Origin: Candidatus Nanopelagicales bacterium | Lineage (GTDB): Bacteria > Actinomycetota > Actinomycetes > S36-B12 > UBA5976 | Length of the DNA: 38,892 bases | Assembly (NCBI GenBank): GCA_044348555.1 | Contig: JBIKSQ010000001.1 | Span: 1 to 38,892 of the forward strand | Direction of reading: 5' to 3' | In this document: in pieces, positions 1 through 8,268 of the stretch | How the letters are laid out: each line of letters begins with the position of its first letter | Position numbering within the stretch: the stretch's first letter is position 1 | The notes under the pieces: generated by a model | Database searches by the model: none | Seen by the model: the letters and a program-made list of their open reading frames with translations, nothing else | Told to the model about the DNA's origin: nothing | Made by a program: the position numbers and the translations under genes

Positions 1-437
1 TAAGAGCCACCTGCAAAACCAACTCTTGGATCATCAGCACCTTCCTGTATGACTTCTTTTCGGGTTCCAAGAAAAGTAATGATCGCTTGGGCGTCTGCAA
101 TTTCAAAGGCAGGGGAATTCATCGAAATTTGGGCAATCGTTTTTCCAAAACCGCGGGCAGAGTAAGTCACCACCACGTACCCAGCAGCCCGCAGTTTTTC
201 GGCTTGGTCTTCCAGGCCTAGTTTTGAGCCACCGAATCCATGCGCTAACACCACAGCTGGTGCCGGCGTAACCTCGGGAACAAAAATTGCCGCATCAATC
301 TGGATAGGTGTTGCGTCAGAAATTGAAACTGGGCCACCAGGAATTGTGATTTCTTCGAAAGTTGCTGCCTGAGCTGCGCCAACCATGAAGGTCAGTGGGA
401 ATAAGAGGGCAGCAAATATCGCAACAACTTTTTTCAT
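1..437 (-). CDS. secreted alpha/beta-fold hydrolase, N-terminal ~145 aa only (gene runs off the left edge)
   Basis: Absent from the ORF track because it is truncated. My translation from the ATG at 437 reads MKKVVAIFAALLFPLTFMVGAAQAATFEE (signal-peptide-like), then VVLAHGFGGSK, YVVVTYSARGFG and RVGFAGGS at the window edge. These look like an HG oxyanion motif and the start of a G-x-S-x-G elbow. Confidence 0.6.
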   Translation of the reverse strand, partial: MKKVVAIFAALLFPLTFMVGAAQAATFEEITIPGGPVSISDATPIQIDAAIFVPEVTPAPAVVLAHGFGGSKLGLEDQAEKLRAAGYVVVTYSARGFGKTIAQISMNSPAFEIADAQAIITFLGTRKEVIQEGADDPRVGFAGGS

Positions 438-489
438 AGTTTCACCTTAGCCCGAAAAAACCTACCTAGCAGCCTGAAAAGCAGGAAAA

Positions 490-1992
490 TTAGAGATTTC
501 CAGCGCTAAGTTCATCGAGCACAAACTTTGCTCGCGCTCTAGTTTCAGGCAAGTCACTTAGTCGTTTTAGACCACTAGTTTGTTGGAACATTCGGTGATT
601 GGATTTGAATTCATCGAGATTCCGGTCAATAAAGTCCCAGTAAAGAGTTGTGAATGGGCAAGCATCGTCATCCGTGCGGCTTTTTGGGTTGAAACGACAA
701 CCCTTGCAATACGTGCTCATTTTTGAAATGTAAGCGCCACCTGCTGCGTAAGGTTTAGTCATCATTGCACCACCATCTGCGTGCACACCCATACCAATCA
801 CGTTAGGGACCATTACCCAATCAGCTGCGTCGATAAAGACTTCGCGCATCCACTGAAGGTATTCCTGCGGATTTATCCCAGTGATCAATGCAAGATTGCT
901 CAACACCATTAGCCGCGGAATGTGATGTGCCCAACCACGTGTTTGGACATCTTCGACGATTGAGCGAACACAATTCATCTCAGTCTTTGCAGGATCGTGA
1001 TAGAGCGGCAAAAGTTTGCGCTGGGCCTGCAACTGGTTGCGATTTCGGTAATCCTCACCGAGATACCAATACATTCCATTGATGTACTCCCGCCAACCAA
1101 TGATCTGTCGAACGAATCCTTCAATCGAGTTGATTGGGATATCTCCTCTTTCAAATCTTTCGATTGCAGCGTCTACAACTTCGGCTGGGTGCAACAATCC
1201 GTTATTCAAGTAAGGACTGAGAATTGAATGGTTTACCGACCAAGAATCTGCAGGCATGGCATCTTCATAAGGGCCAAATCCTGGCAGTACATTTTCAACG
1301 AAAAACTCAAGTTGTTTTAGCGCATCCCGACGTGTAGTCGCCCAGTAATTCTTAGGTTCTGCACCCCAGTATTTACCAGCAATCTCTCTCATTACTTGCT
1401 GATCAATTTCATCCCATTCGAATTTTGGTGGCACCGGAAACACGTGGTTTTTTGGTGGAGGCAATCGGTTGTCTTTGTCGAAGTTCCACTCACCACCCAA
1501 AGGAAGATTCCCATCCATCAAATACCCAAGTCTTTTCCTTTGAAGTCGGTAAAAGTTTTCCATGAGATGACTTTTTTGAGACTTTGCCCATTCCAAAAAA
1601 TCTTCTCTGCCAGTGAAGAAAAAATCCGATTCTGAAATTTGAACATTGATGCTTTGGAGGTTTTGCGTCAATCGGTACGAGTTCGGTTCAGCTGCAAAAA
1701 CATCCTCGATTCCAGTTTGCTTGCGAGCCTTTTCAATTCCATCAATTGTGGTAGGCGCCTGAATGTAAATGGTGTTGAACCCAGCGAGCTTCAACTCTTC
1801 CACGAAATGTCGAGCTGAAGAAAGTAAAAAGTAGATGCGCTGGGAATGCCAGTTTGGATTCTGCAGCATTCTGGCACTCTCCACAAGCAGCACTGTGTCC
1901 GAAGTTGGATCGGCAGATCGGAGAACTCCGTGCGAAAGATTTAATTGGTCAAAGCCAACATATAGAAGTCGGCTCATGAGTTTCGCCGACAT
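490..1992 (-). CDS. cryptochrome/photolyase family protein, FeS-BCP / (6-4) photolyase-like (COG3046 type)
   Basis: 500-aa ORF with the photolyase-related core ([38 protein letters not shown]). Four Cys sit in the arrangement expected for the [4Fe-4S] cluster of bacterial FeS-BCP proteins ([27 protein letters not shown]). An alternative start at 1977 ([10 protein letters not shown]) would give an ATGA overlap with the upstream small ORF. Confidence 0.85.
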   Translation of the reverse strand: MSAKLMSRLLYVGFDQLNLSHGVLRSADPTSDTVLLVESARMLQNPNWHSQRIYFLLSSARHFVEELKLAGFNTIYIQAPTTIDGIEKARKQTGIEDVFAAEPNSYRLTQNLQSINVQISESDFFFTGREDFLEWAKSQKSHLMENFYRLQRKRLGYLMDGNLPLGGEWNFDKDNRLPPPKNHVFPVPPKFEWDEIDQQVMREIAGKYWGAEPKNYWATTRRDALKQLEFFVENVLPGFGPYEDAMPADSWSVNHSILSPYLNNGLLHPAEVVDAAIERFERGDIPINSIEGFVRQIIGWREYINGMYWYLGEDYRNRNQLQAQRKLLPLYHDPAKTEMNCVRSIVEDVQTRGWAHHIPRLMVLSNLALITGINPQEYLQWMREVFIDAADWVMVPNVIGMGVHADGGAMMTKPYAAGGAYISKMSTYCKGCRFNPKSRTDDDACPFTTLYWDFIDRNLDEFKSNHRMFQQTSGLKRLSDLPETRARAKFVLDELSAGNL

Positions 1993-2114
1993 TTTTCTGA
2001 ACAGTACTTAACGTTCTCCCAGTCTCGCGCCCATTTTTTACGCCACTCAAATGGCAAATCACAAGTCACACATTGCTTAGGTGGAAAACCATTTTTAGTT
2101 TGAGCTGTTCTCAT
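1974..2114 (-). CDS. 46-aa zinc-ribbon protein, DUF2256-like
   Basis: Below the ORF-track length cut-off. My translation is [46 protein letters not shown]. It has a CxxC-x19-CxxxC pattern plus the WRKKWA...YCS..CR signature I associate with DUF2256/COG4338. A GGGTGAG Shine-Dalgarno-like element lies upstream, and its TGA overlaps the ATG at 1977. Confidence 0.7.
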   Translation of the reverse strand: MRTAQTKNGFPPKQCVTCDLPFEWRKKWARDWENVKYCSEKCRRNS

Positions 2115-2158
2115 AATCTCACCCTAGGGGCTGGAGGTTTCGTCAGCGAGTGGGAACT

Positions 2159-3865
2159 CTAGACGCAAACAATTTTGGCGTTGAATCTGGTGCCAGCTCG
2201 AGTTTTCTTGATACTCCACTCAATGCAGAAGTCGTTGAGAATATCTGTACCGACACCAGTCTCGGGAAGTGTTACAAGTTCCCCATCATTTGTCATAGTG
2301 ATATTGATTGCGGGGTCAGCTTCAGTTGTAATAACGATGTTTATCCAACTGGGCTGCCCATGCTTAATCGAATTGTTGATAACTTCGCGAAGCACTTCGA
2401 TAGTGGCGGTTGCGACGGTTGGCTGGGATTCAAGAATTGAAGACGCAGATTGTGAGAGTTTTATGTTGATATCACACACGCGATTCCACATTTTAATAAA
2501 CATGTCTAGATTTCTATTGAACTGATTTGGGGTTTCTGCTTCAAGAGTTAGTTGCTCAAGAGTTGATTCGATTTCTTGCAAGGTCGCTCTCACATCAATT
2601 TCTGAATCACGTTCTGAATGAACTGCTAGCGCGTTGAGTTGTCCTTGCAATCTGCCATGAATTAGATGTACGAGTCGATTTTCAGAAGTCTTAAGTTTCT
2701 GTCGCAGCACTTCTTTAGTGTGATTGGCGGTGCGATTTTCACGGGTAAGTGACCAGAGTTTTTGATCTCGCTGCTCAATTACGGTGAAGTAGACGGCGAT
2801 CGACAGACCAGCGACCACGGTTAGGCCGATTGAAGTGAAGGGAAGAAACTGAAATGCCTGCTGAGTTGCTGGATTTGCTAGAAAAACCAACCCTAGTAGG
2901 TAACCCGGTAATGCCCAAAGGATTAAAAGTAGAACTAGCTGAGCCCAGGTGGGCAAAAATCTTTTCACAGCGTCGTAAATATTCCCCGTCACTAGAACGA
3001 GCAGAGTTACCCCTGCCGGAATAATCAAAAGTGCATACAGGATTCCAATAAATTCAGAATAAATAATTATGGGAGGAAGGCCGGTTGCAGTACAGGCGAA
3101 AGCTGTTGTGAGTGGAGCAAAAGGATGACTTCGCGTGAGATCCAAAGTTAGATTTTTGGCCTTTTCCAAAATGAGTATGTTTGATCTTCGCATATCAACT
3201 GGAGCGCGGTATCTGGAATCTTTAAGTTCACGACTTAACGGTCGAAGATAATCGTTGAGTAGTGATACTAGAGAGTTTGTAGCCTTCGTTCCAGGTGTGT
3301 TGGCACCCTTTTCGTCCAATGACCCGGTTGCTTTATTCACTTTATTGCGGACTTCAGTAGGAAGGTCGTTACTAATCCAGTTGATTTGATTTCGCAAAAC
3401 TTGGCTCTCGAACAAAGTTTCTCTTCCCTGCTTTTCGAGAGAATCGATTGCTTTAAGGTTTATTCGGCCGTAATGAACCATGTAAGTCGCGATAACTAGC
3501 CAGATGAAAGAAACGAGTGTTCCTGGTACCAAACTTTTGGTGCTGATGAAAAATTCTGGATTATCAAAAGAGCGGATTGCCGCAAGCGTTAGAGCTCGGA
3601 CAATTCCGTATAGTAAAAACATAGACAATGTAAGAATCAACCATAATGCTGGTGCAAGTTTGGGTTGAACTTTGTGCCCTGCCCAAAGAAATAAGCCACC
3701 TAGTGAGTGAGCGATAATGGGACCAAAAATCAGAACCCAAAGACTTGATGTGGGGGTGGTTCGGTAACTAAGCGCAATCGCATATGTCCATGGAATTAAT
3801 ACAATCCAAGTAGTGATTGAAAATGCATCACTTCCTGATAGTGCGCTTCGTAGTCTTGAGATCAT
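2159..3865 (-). CDS. membrane sensor histidine kinase (HisKA_3/NarL-partner type)
   Basis: 568 aa with about 8 hydrophobic helices in two blocks. The H-box-like RLVHLIHGRLQGQLNAL has its candidate phospho-His codon at 2657-2659. The N-box is EVINNSIKHG and the G-boxes are TNDGE and ETGVGTDIL. Its start overlaps the regulator stop (ATGA at 3862-3865). Confidence 0.8.
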   Translation of the reverse strand: MISRLRSALSGSDAFSITTWIVLIPWTYAIALSYRTTPTSSLWVLIFGPIIAHSLGGLFLWAGHKVQPKLAPALWLILTLSMFLLYGIVRALTLAAIRSFDNPEFFISTKSLVPGTLVSFIWLVIATYMVHYGRINLKAIDSLEKQGRETLFESQVLRNQINWISNDLPTEVRNKVNKATGSLDEKGANTPGTKATNSLVSLLNDYLRPLSRELKDSRYRAPVDMRRSNILILEKAKNLTLDLTRSHPFAPLTTAFACTATGLPPIIIYSEFIGILYALLIIPAGVTLLVLVTGNIYDAVKRFLPTWAQLVLLLILWALPGYLLGLVFLANPATQQAFQFLPFTSIGLTVVAGLSIAVYFTVIEQRDQKLWSLTRENRTANHTKEVLRQKLKTSENRLVHLIHGRLQGQLNALAVHSERDSEIDVRATLQEIESTLEQLTLEAETPNQFNRNLDMFIKMWNRVCDINIKLSQSASSILESQPTVATATIEVLREVINNSIKHGQPSWINIVITTEADPAINITMTNDGELVTLPETGVGTDILNDFCIEWSIKKTRAGTRFNAKIVCV

Positions 3866-4506
3866 TCGTGATTATCAGAGGGCAGAGCCGCACCAAATGT
3901 GTCAAGATACAGTTTTGTTGCGATTACTCTGGGATTGGTTTTAGGGTCCCGGTTGAGTTCAAGCTTGTTGAACATACGGTGGATTGTTTGTTCGGCAGCT
4001 CGCAAAGAAGTGCTCCGCAGATCTGCGATTTCCTGGTTGGAATACCCGGTTGAAATCAATCTCAGCACATCAAGTTGTTGTTTTGAAAGCGTGTCCAAAG
4101 GTGACAAGCTCTTGGTTAACTTTGTTTTCTTTCCCTTAGAAAAGTGTTTGATTGAGTTAAGCAGTTCAGAGAAATCACCCAATTGTTTCTTGTCAAAGTA
4201 TGCAGTTTGTTCTTTTAGAAACTCCTGAACAGAAATTGGGATTCGGTAACTCGACAGCACAATCGCTGGAAAACTTGGATTCTCAATTTTCACACTTGTT
4301 AGAAAATCCAGACCGTTCTGTCCCGCTCCGAGATCGATATCCGTAACGATGATGTCAACCTGCTCATTGTCGATGAAGTCCAACGCCTCGTTGATGTCTT
4401 CAGCAGCCATCACCTCGTAACCCTCGTCAGAAATCACTTTTGCAAGCAGGGTTCGGGACAGATTTTCATCTTCGAGCAAAAGTACTCGGGTTGGGCGTTG
4501 TTCCAT
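3862..4506 (-). CDS. response regulator, LuxR/NarL family (REC + HTH)
   Basis: REC motifs RVLLLEDE and DIIVTDIDLG, and a C-terminal LuxR-type HTH (LSKQQLDVLRLISTGYSNQEIADLRSTSLRAAEQTIHRMFNKL). I place the start at M23 of the track ORF because a strong GGAGGAA Shine-Dalgarno lies 5 nt upstream of the ATG at 4506. Confidence 0.85.
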   Translation of the reverse strand: MEQRPTRVLLLEDENLSRTLLAKVISDEGYEVMAAEDINEALDFIDNEQVDIIVTDIDLGAGQNGLDFLTSVKIENPSFPAIVLSSYRIPISVQEFLKEQTAYFDKKQLGDFSELLNSIKHFSKGKKTKLTKSLSPLDTLSKQQLDVLRLISTGYSNQEIADLRSTSLRAAEQTIHRMFNKLELNRDPKTNPRVIATKLYLDTFGAALPSDNHE

Positions 4507-4617
4507 GTTTTTCCTCCAATAATTGGGGCTAAATGTACTCCTTGAGATATGCAAAAATGTGTTGAACAACACAATTGGCTTAGCGATAGTGGCACTTGCA
4601 AGTACTACTTTGAGACC

Positions 4618-6009
4618 ATGTCAAATACCAGCCCCGGATACTCAATCATTATCCGTATTCACGTCCAGCCTCAAGTCCATGCCCAAGGTTTAGTCGTAGC
4701 AGAGATTGCCAAAGTAGGAGCGGTGGTTACCGCTTTAGATATGGTCGAGCCAAATCCAAATTCGGTCGTTCTGGACATTTCCTGTGATGCGCGCGATAAC
4801 GACCATGTGCAGGAAATTCGAGAAGCTTTGGACGCATTACCAGGATGCCACGTCGACAAAATCAGTGACCGCACCTTTTTGACTCACATCGGTGGGAAGC
4901 TCGAGATTGCAGTAAAAGTCCCAATGCGAAATCGAGACGATCTGGCACGGGCATATACCCCAGGAGTTGCTCGGATTTGTCTGGCAATTCACGCGGACAA
5001 GTCCATGGCTCGAAATCTCACAATCAAGCGCAACTCCGTAGCGGTTGTCACTGACGGTTCTGCCGTATTGGGACTAGGCGACCTTGGGCCAGAGGCTGCC
5101 ATGCCAGTAATGGAAGGCAAGGCAGCGTTGTTTAAAAAGTTTGCGAACGTTGATGCCTGGCCAATTTGTCTTGATACGAATGATGTCGATGAAATTGTTC
5201 GTACGGTTGAATTGATTGCACCTGGATTTGGTGGAATCAACCTTGAAGATATTTCGGCACCGAGATGTTTCGAGATTGAAGCAAGACTTCGTGAAAAGTT
5301 GGATATACCTGTCTTCCACGATGATCAACACGGTACGGCGATTGTTGTTGTTGCAGCAATGCGGAATGCAGTTCGACTTGTTAAAAAACCAGTTGGCGAT
5401 TTGAAGGTCATAATGGTTGGCGCTGGAGCTGCCGGTAACGCGGTTGCTAGTTTGCTGGCAAAAAGTGGCATCACCGACATCACGCTATTCGACAGTAAGG
5501 GAGCGATTCACGCGGGAAGAACGGATTTGGACTCGTACAAATCATCCTTGCTGTCTTGGACCAACCCGCGTGGATTAACTGGTTCGCTGAAGGAGTCATT
5601 GGTTGGGGCAGATGCATTCATTGGTCTAAGCGCACCAAATCTGCTGGATGGTTCCGACATTGCCAAAATGAACAAAGATGCAATTGTTTTTGCTCTAGCT
5701 AATCCTGACCCAGAAGTTAATCCGCTAGAAGCGGCCAAATACGCAGCGGTTGTGGCAACCGGCCGAAGCGACTATCCAAACCAAATAAACAATGTTTTGG
5801 CGTTTCCTGGCGTTTTCAGAGGATTACTCGATGCTGGTGCCCACAAAATTACGGACGAGGTTTTGCTAGCTGCCGCGGCTGCTATCGCAGACTGTGTGAG
5901 CCCAACCGAGTTGAGCCCCGTTTACATTGTGCCAAGCGTTTTCCACAAAGACGTAAGTCAAATGGTCGCACATGCAGTGCGAGATACGTTGTTGGAACAA
6001 TCAAAATAG
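4618..6009 (+). CDS. NAD(P)-dependent malic enzyme with N-terminal ACT-like domain
   Basis: Classic malic-enzyme motifs: AYTPGVARIC, VAVVTDGSAVLGLGDLGPEAAMPVMEGKAALFKKFA, GGINLEDISAPRCFEIE, FHDDQHGTAIV, GAGAAG and LANPDPE. The start is uncertain. I chose 4618 (MSNTSPGYSII) because 4549 would overlap the divergent regulator region. Confidence 0.85.
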   Translation: MSNTSPGYSIIIRIHVQPQVHAQGLVVAEIAKVGAVVTALDMVEPNPNSVVLDISCDARDNDHVQEIREALDALPGCHVDKISDRTFLTHIGGKLEIAVKVPMRNRDDLARAYTPGVARICLAIHADKSMARNLTIKRNSVAVVTDGSAVLGLGDLGPEAAMPVMEGKAALFKKFANVDAWPICLDTNDVDEIVRTVELIAPGFGGINLEDISAPRCFEIEARLREKLDIPVFHDDQHGTAIVVVAAMRNAVRLVKKPVGDLKVIMVGAGAAGNAVASLLAKSGITDITLFDSKGAIHAGRTDLDSYKSSLLSWTNPRGLTGSLKESLVGADAFIGLSAPNLLDGSDIAKMNKDAIVFALANPDPEVNPLEAAKYAAVVATGRSDYPNQINNVLAFPGVFRGLLDAGAHKITDEVLLAAAAAIADCVSPTELSPVYIVPSVFHKDVSQMVAHAVRDTLLEQSK

Positions 6010-6034
6010 TTGAATGACCGAATAGGTTGAGCGC

Positions 6035-7417
6035 GTGGCTTATTTTGATGCTAAAACTGATCCCAGTGTGCGTCGCGCTGAAGTCCTTCAGTTGGTTGCG
6101 ATGTTTGACAGATTTGCTCGAATTCCAGTTTTGGAAGCCAAGCAGTACCAACTAGAGAATCTCAAGAATCTACTGAGCACTGCGATTGATAACAGCCCGT
6201 GGTGGGCTGCGAGATTAGCAAATGTGGATTTGTCCGCAGGTTCAATCGAAGAGTTGCTCCAGCAATTTGAATTCGAAACCAAGAAATCTCTGCAAGACAA
6301 TCGTGACGATATGGCAGTTCGGCTGCCTGCCTCAGCATTAGATGACTACACGTTTCAAAAAACTTCAGGTTCGACCAGCCAACCAATCCAAATCTTGAAG
6401 TATCTCCCAATTTATTTTCGAGAGCTTGATGCGGTCGCCATTCTTGAATGGCAATGGCAACGGCGGGACATAAAAAAGAAGATGGGTTTTTTTCGGCTAG
6501 GAGCCAGCGACGCAGATGCGATTCCGCTAGGTCCACCGTTTGAATATTTGGGGGAAGCTCCTTTAGCTTTTCAAAGATCATCCGTGGATCGTTCTCCAGC
6601 TGAATTGCTTGATGCACTTGAGAAACATCAGCCGGCGTATCTGCTTACCAATCCAGTAAGTCTTCGGTTGGTAGCCCAAGAGCAGATTTCGAATCCCCGA
6701 AAAGTTGTTGGGCTAGAGCAGATTCTGACCTTAGCTGACAGAGTCGATAATTCTTTGCGACAACTAGTGCGGGATGTTTTTGGCGCAAAGATTGTCGACA
6801 GATACTCATCGGTTGAGTTTGGGCCAATTGCAATTCAATGTCCGGTCTTTGAACATCTACACGTTGTAAGTCCATTGGTTTATGTCGAGATTTTGAATGA
6901 CAAGAACGAGCCTTGCGCAGTAAGGACTCCTGGAAGAGTGGTCGTCACAGGGCTAAGGACTTTGGCAATGCCGATTATTCGGTATGAACTCGGAGACATT
7001 GCCGAATGGGGTGATGATTGTGACGCCGGTATCAAATGGCCAGTCATCTCTAACGTGCATGGCCGTCAGCGGACCTTCTCGGTTGGCTCAGATGGAGAAA
7101 AACGTTTAGTCACATTGTTTGGTGCAGATTTCATGATGATGCAAGAAATCATTGACTATCAAGTTATCAAGTTTGATGATGCTGTGGTTTTCGCGGCCCA
7201 AGTCCGCCGGCCGTTGGATGAGTTGGAGCTCGATCGGATAAGGAAGTCGATGTGTGAGGTCTTCAGGGCTGAAGTGGATGTGCATTTTTACCTACAACAG
7301 GCTCCGATTCAGTCTGTAAATTGGAAAAACCAGGAGCTTTACCTAGCGGTTGGGCCCTTTCGCGATGGGATGACGCTCGCTGAAGTGCACGAGGTAGTAA
7401 AAACCGAACATAACTAA
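6035..7417 (+). CDS. adenylate-forming enzyme, phenylacetate-CoA ligase / CapK / F390-synthetase-like
   Basis: 460 aa with a GTG start. The AMP-binding P-loop variant is FQKTSGSTSQPIQI, followed by DRYSSVEFGPIAIQC and a YELGD motif near the C-terminal subdomain, as in PaaK-like ligases. The substrate cannot be inferred. Confidence 0.6.
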   Translation: MAYFDAKTDPSVRRAEVLQLVAMFDRFARIPVLEAKQYQLENLKNLLSTAIDNSPWWAARLANVDLSAGSIEELLQQFEFETKKSLQDNRDDMAVRLPASALDDYTFQKTSGSTSQPIQILKYLPIYFRELDAVAILEWQWQRRDIKKKMGFFRLGASDADAIPLGPPFEYLGEAPLAFQRSSVDRSPAELLDALEKHQPAYLLTNPVSLRLVAQEQISNPRKVVGLEQILTLADRVDNSLRQLVRDVFGAKIVDRYSSVEFGPIAIQCPVFEHLHVVSPLVYVEILNDKNEPCAVRTPGRVVVTGLRTLAMPIIRYELGDIAEWGDDCDAGIKWPVISNVHGRQRTFSVGSDGEKRLVTLFGADFMMMQEIIDYQVIKFDDAVVFAAQVRRPLDELELDRIRKSMCEVFRAEVDVHFYLQQAPIQSVNWKNQELYLAVGPFRDGMTLAEVHEVVKTEHN

Positions 7418-7473
7418 GCCTTTTTTCTTGTACTTACTACCAAAATTGACCAAAGCAGGTTTAATCTCTAGAC

Positions 7474-8091
7474 ATGGCAAAAAGAATTGTTCGCAACAAT
7501 CTATCGACTGACCAATTGATTTTGGAGGTCGCTCTTCAAGTTTTAGAGGCTGAGGGGCATGGCGGGTTCTCGATTCCGAAAATTGCTCAGAAAGCCGGGA
7601 TCTATCAAGGCAACATCACTTATTACTATCCAAGCCGGGAATCCTTGATTAACGCTCTAGCAGCCACAATTAACGATAAATATGGACAACAGTTTCAAGC
7701 CATGGCTAAGCAAGTCGATTTGAAATCAAAGACTTGGGCTGAAGATTTGATTGCTTGGTTAATAGATGACGCAATCAATCCAAAAACCTCGAAGGTATTT
7801 CCAGAGCTTTGGAGTATGGCGAATGCCCACCCACAGATTGCCAAGGTGATGGACGGCCTCTACGAAAGTTTGATTCGAGAAATGATTCAAGCATTGGGTC
7901 ATGATCCGAAGAGTCCGAAAGCTAGTGAATTGTGGAGAGTTCTTCGTCTTATCGAGGTGGCAGTTGAAGGTGTAACTGCCGTTTACGGCCGCAGTAAGCC
8001 TTCAAATAAGAAATTCCAGCAGACTCGAAAATCCATCATTGATACATTGTCGCCACAATTTACTTTGGCTCACAAGATGGCTTTGAAATAG
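7474..8091 (+). CDS. TetR/AcrR family transcriptional regulator
   Basis: N-terminal TetR HTH (GFSIPKIAQKAGIYQGNITYYYPSRESLINAL) and an all-helical C-terminal ligand domain. 205 aa. Confidence 0.85.
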   Translation: MAKRIVRNNLSTDQLILEVALQVLEAEGHGGFSIPKIAQKAGIYQGNITYYYPSRESLINALAATINDKYGQQFQAMAKQVDLKSKTWAEDLIAWLIDDAINPKTSKVFPELWSMANAHPQIAKVMDGLYESLIREMIQALGHDPKSPKASELWRVLRLIEVAVEGVTAVYGRSKPSNKKFQQTRKSIIDTLSPQFTLAHKMALK

Positions 8092-8171
8092 TTTCTTTTT
8101 GTATCTATAGCAGTAATGCCAATCAATGTGCGTAATCCGATAGTCGCTTTAGACTTCGGGCATAACTAAAT

Positions 8172-8266
8172 AGCAAGGGGAGCTCACATAAGAGTGGGCT
8201 GAGAGGGTGGCTTGGATACCACCGACCCATGGAACCTGATCTGGATAACGCCAGCGCTAGGGAGTG
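8172..8266 (+). promoter_or_regulatory. TPP (THI-box) riboswitch
   Basis: Read directly: AAGGGGAGC..GGGCUGAGAGGGUGGCUUGGAUACCACCGACCCAUGGAACCUGAUCUGGAUAACGCCAGCGCUAGGGAGUG. This matches the conserved GGGGNGC, CUGAGA, ACCC and ACCUGAUCUGGAUAAUGCCAGCG..AGGGA cores. The 3' GGGAG also serves as the Shine-Dalgarno for the ATG at 8269. Confidence 0.9.
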
Positions 8267-8268
8267 AA

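Noticed and set aside
4516-4526. Palindrome CCAATAATTGG overlapping the regulator's 5' UTR, with a partial repeat ACAATTGG at about 4571-4578, as a possible LuxR-type operator
   Set aside because: It is too short and AT-rich to distinguish from chance, and there is no third copy or conserved spacing that I could see.
4507-4617. 5' extensions of the track ORFs 3862..4572 (-) and 4549..6009 (+) that would overlap each other
   Set aside because: The regulator has a strong GGAGGAA Shine-Dalgarno in front of the internal ATG at 4506, and its REC domain starts right there. The extensions encode low-complexity, non-conserved-looking peptides. They are better read as a 111-nt divergent promoter region.
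7393-7439. GTAGTAA ... TTACTAC inverted repeat spanning the stop of the ligase gene, as a possible terminator
   Set aside because: It is a 7-bp stem with a loop of more than 30 nt, which would be unstable. The T-run sits inside the loop rather than after the stem.
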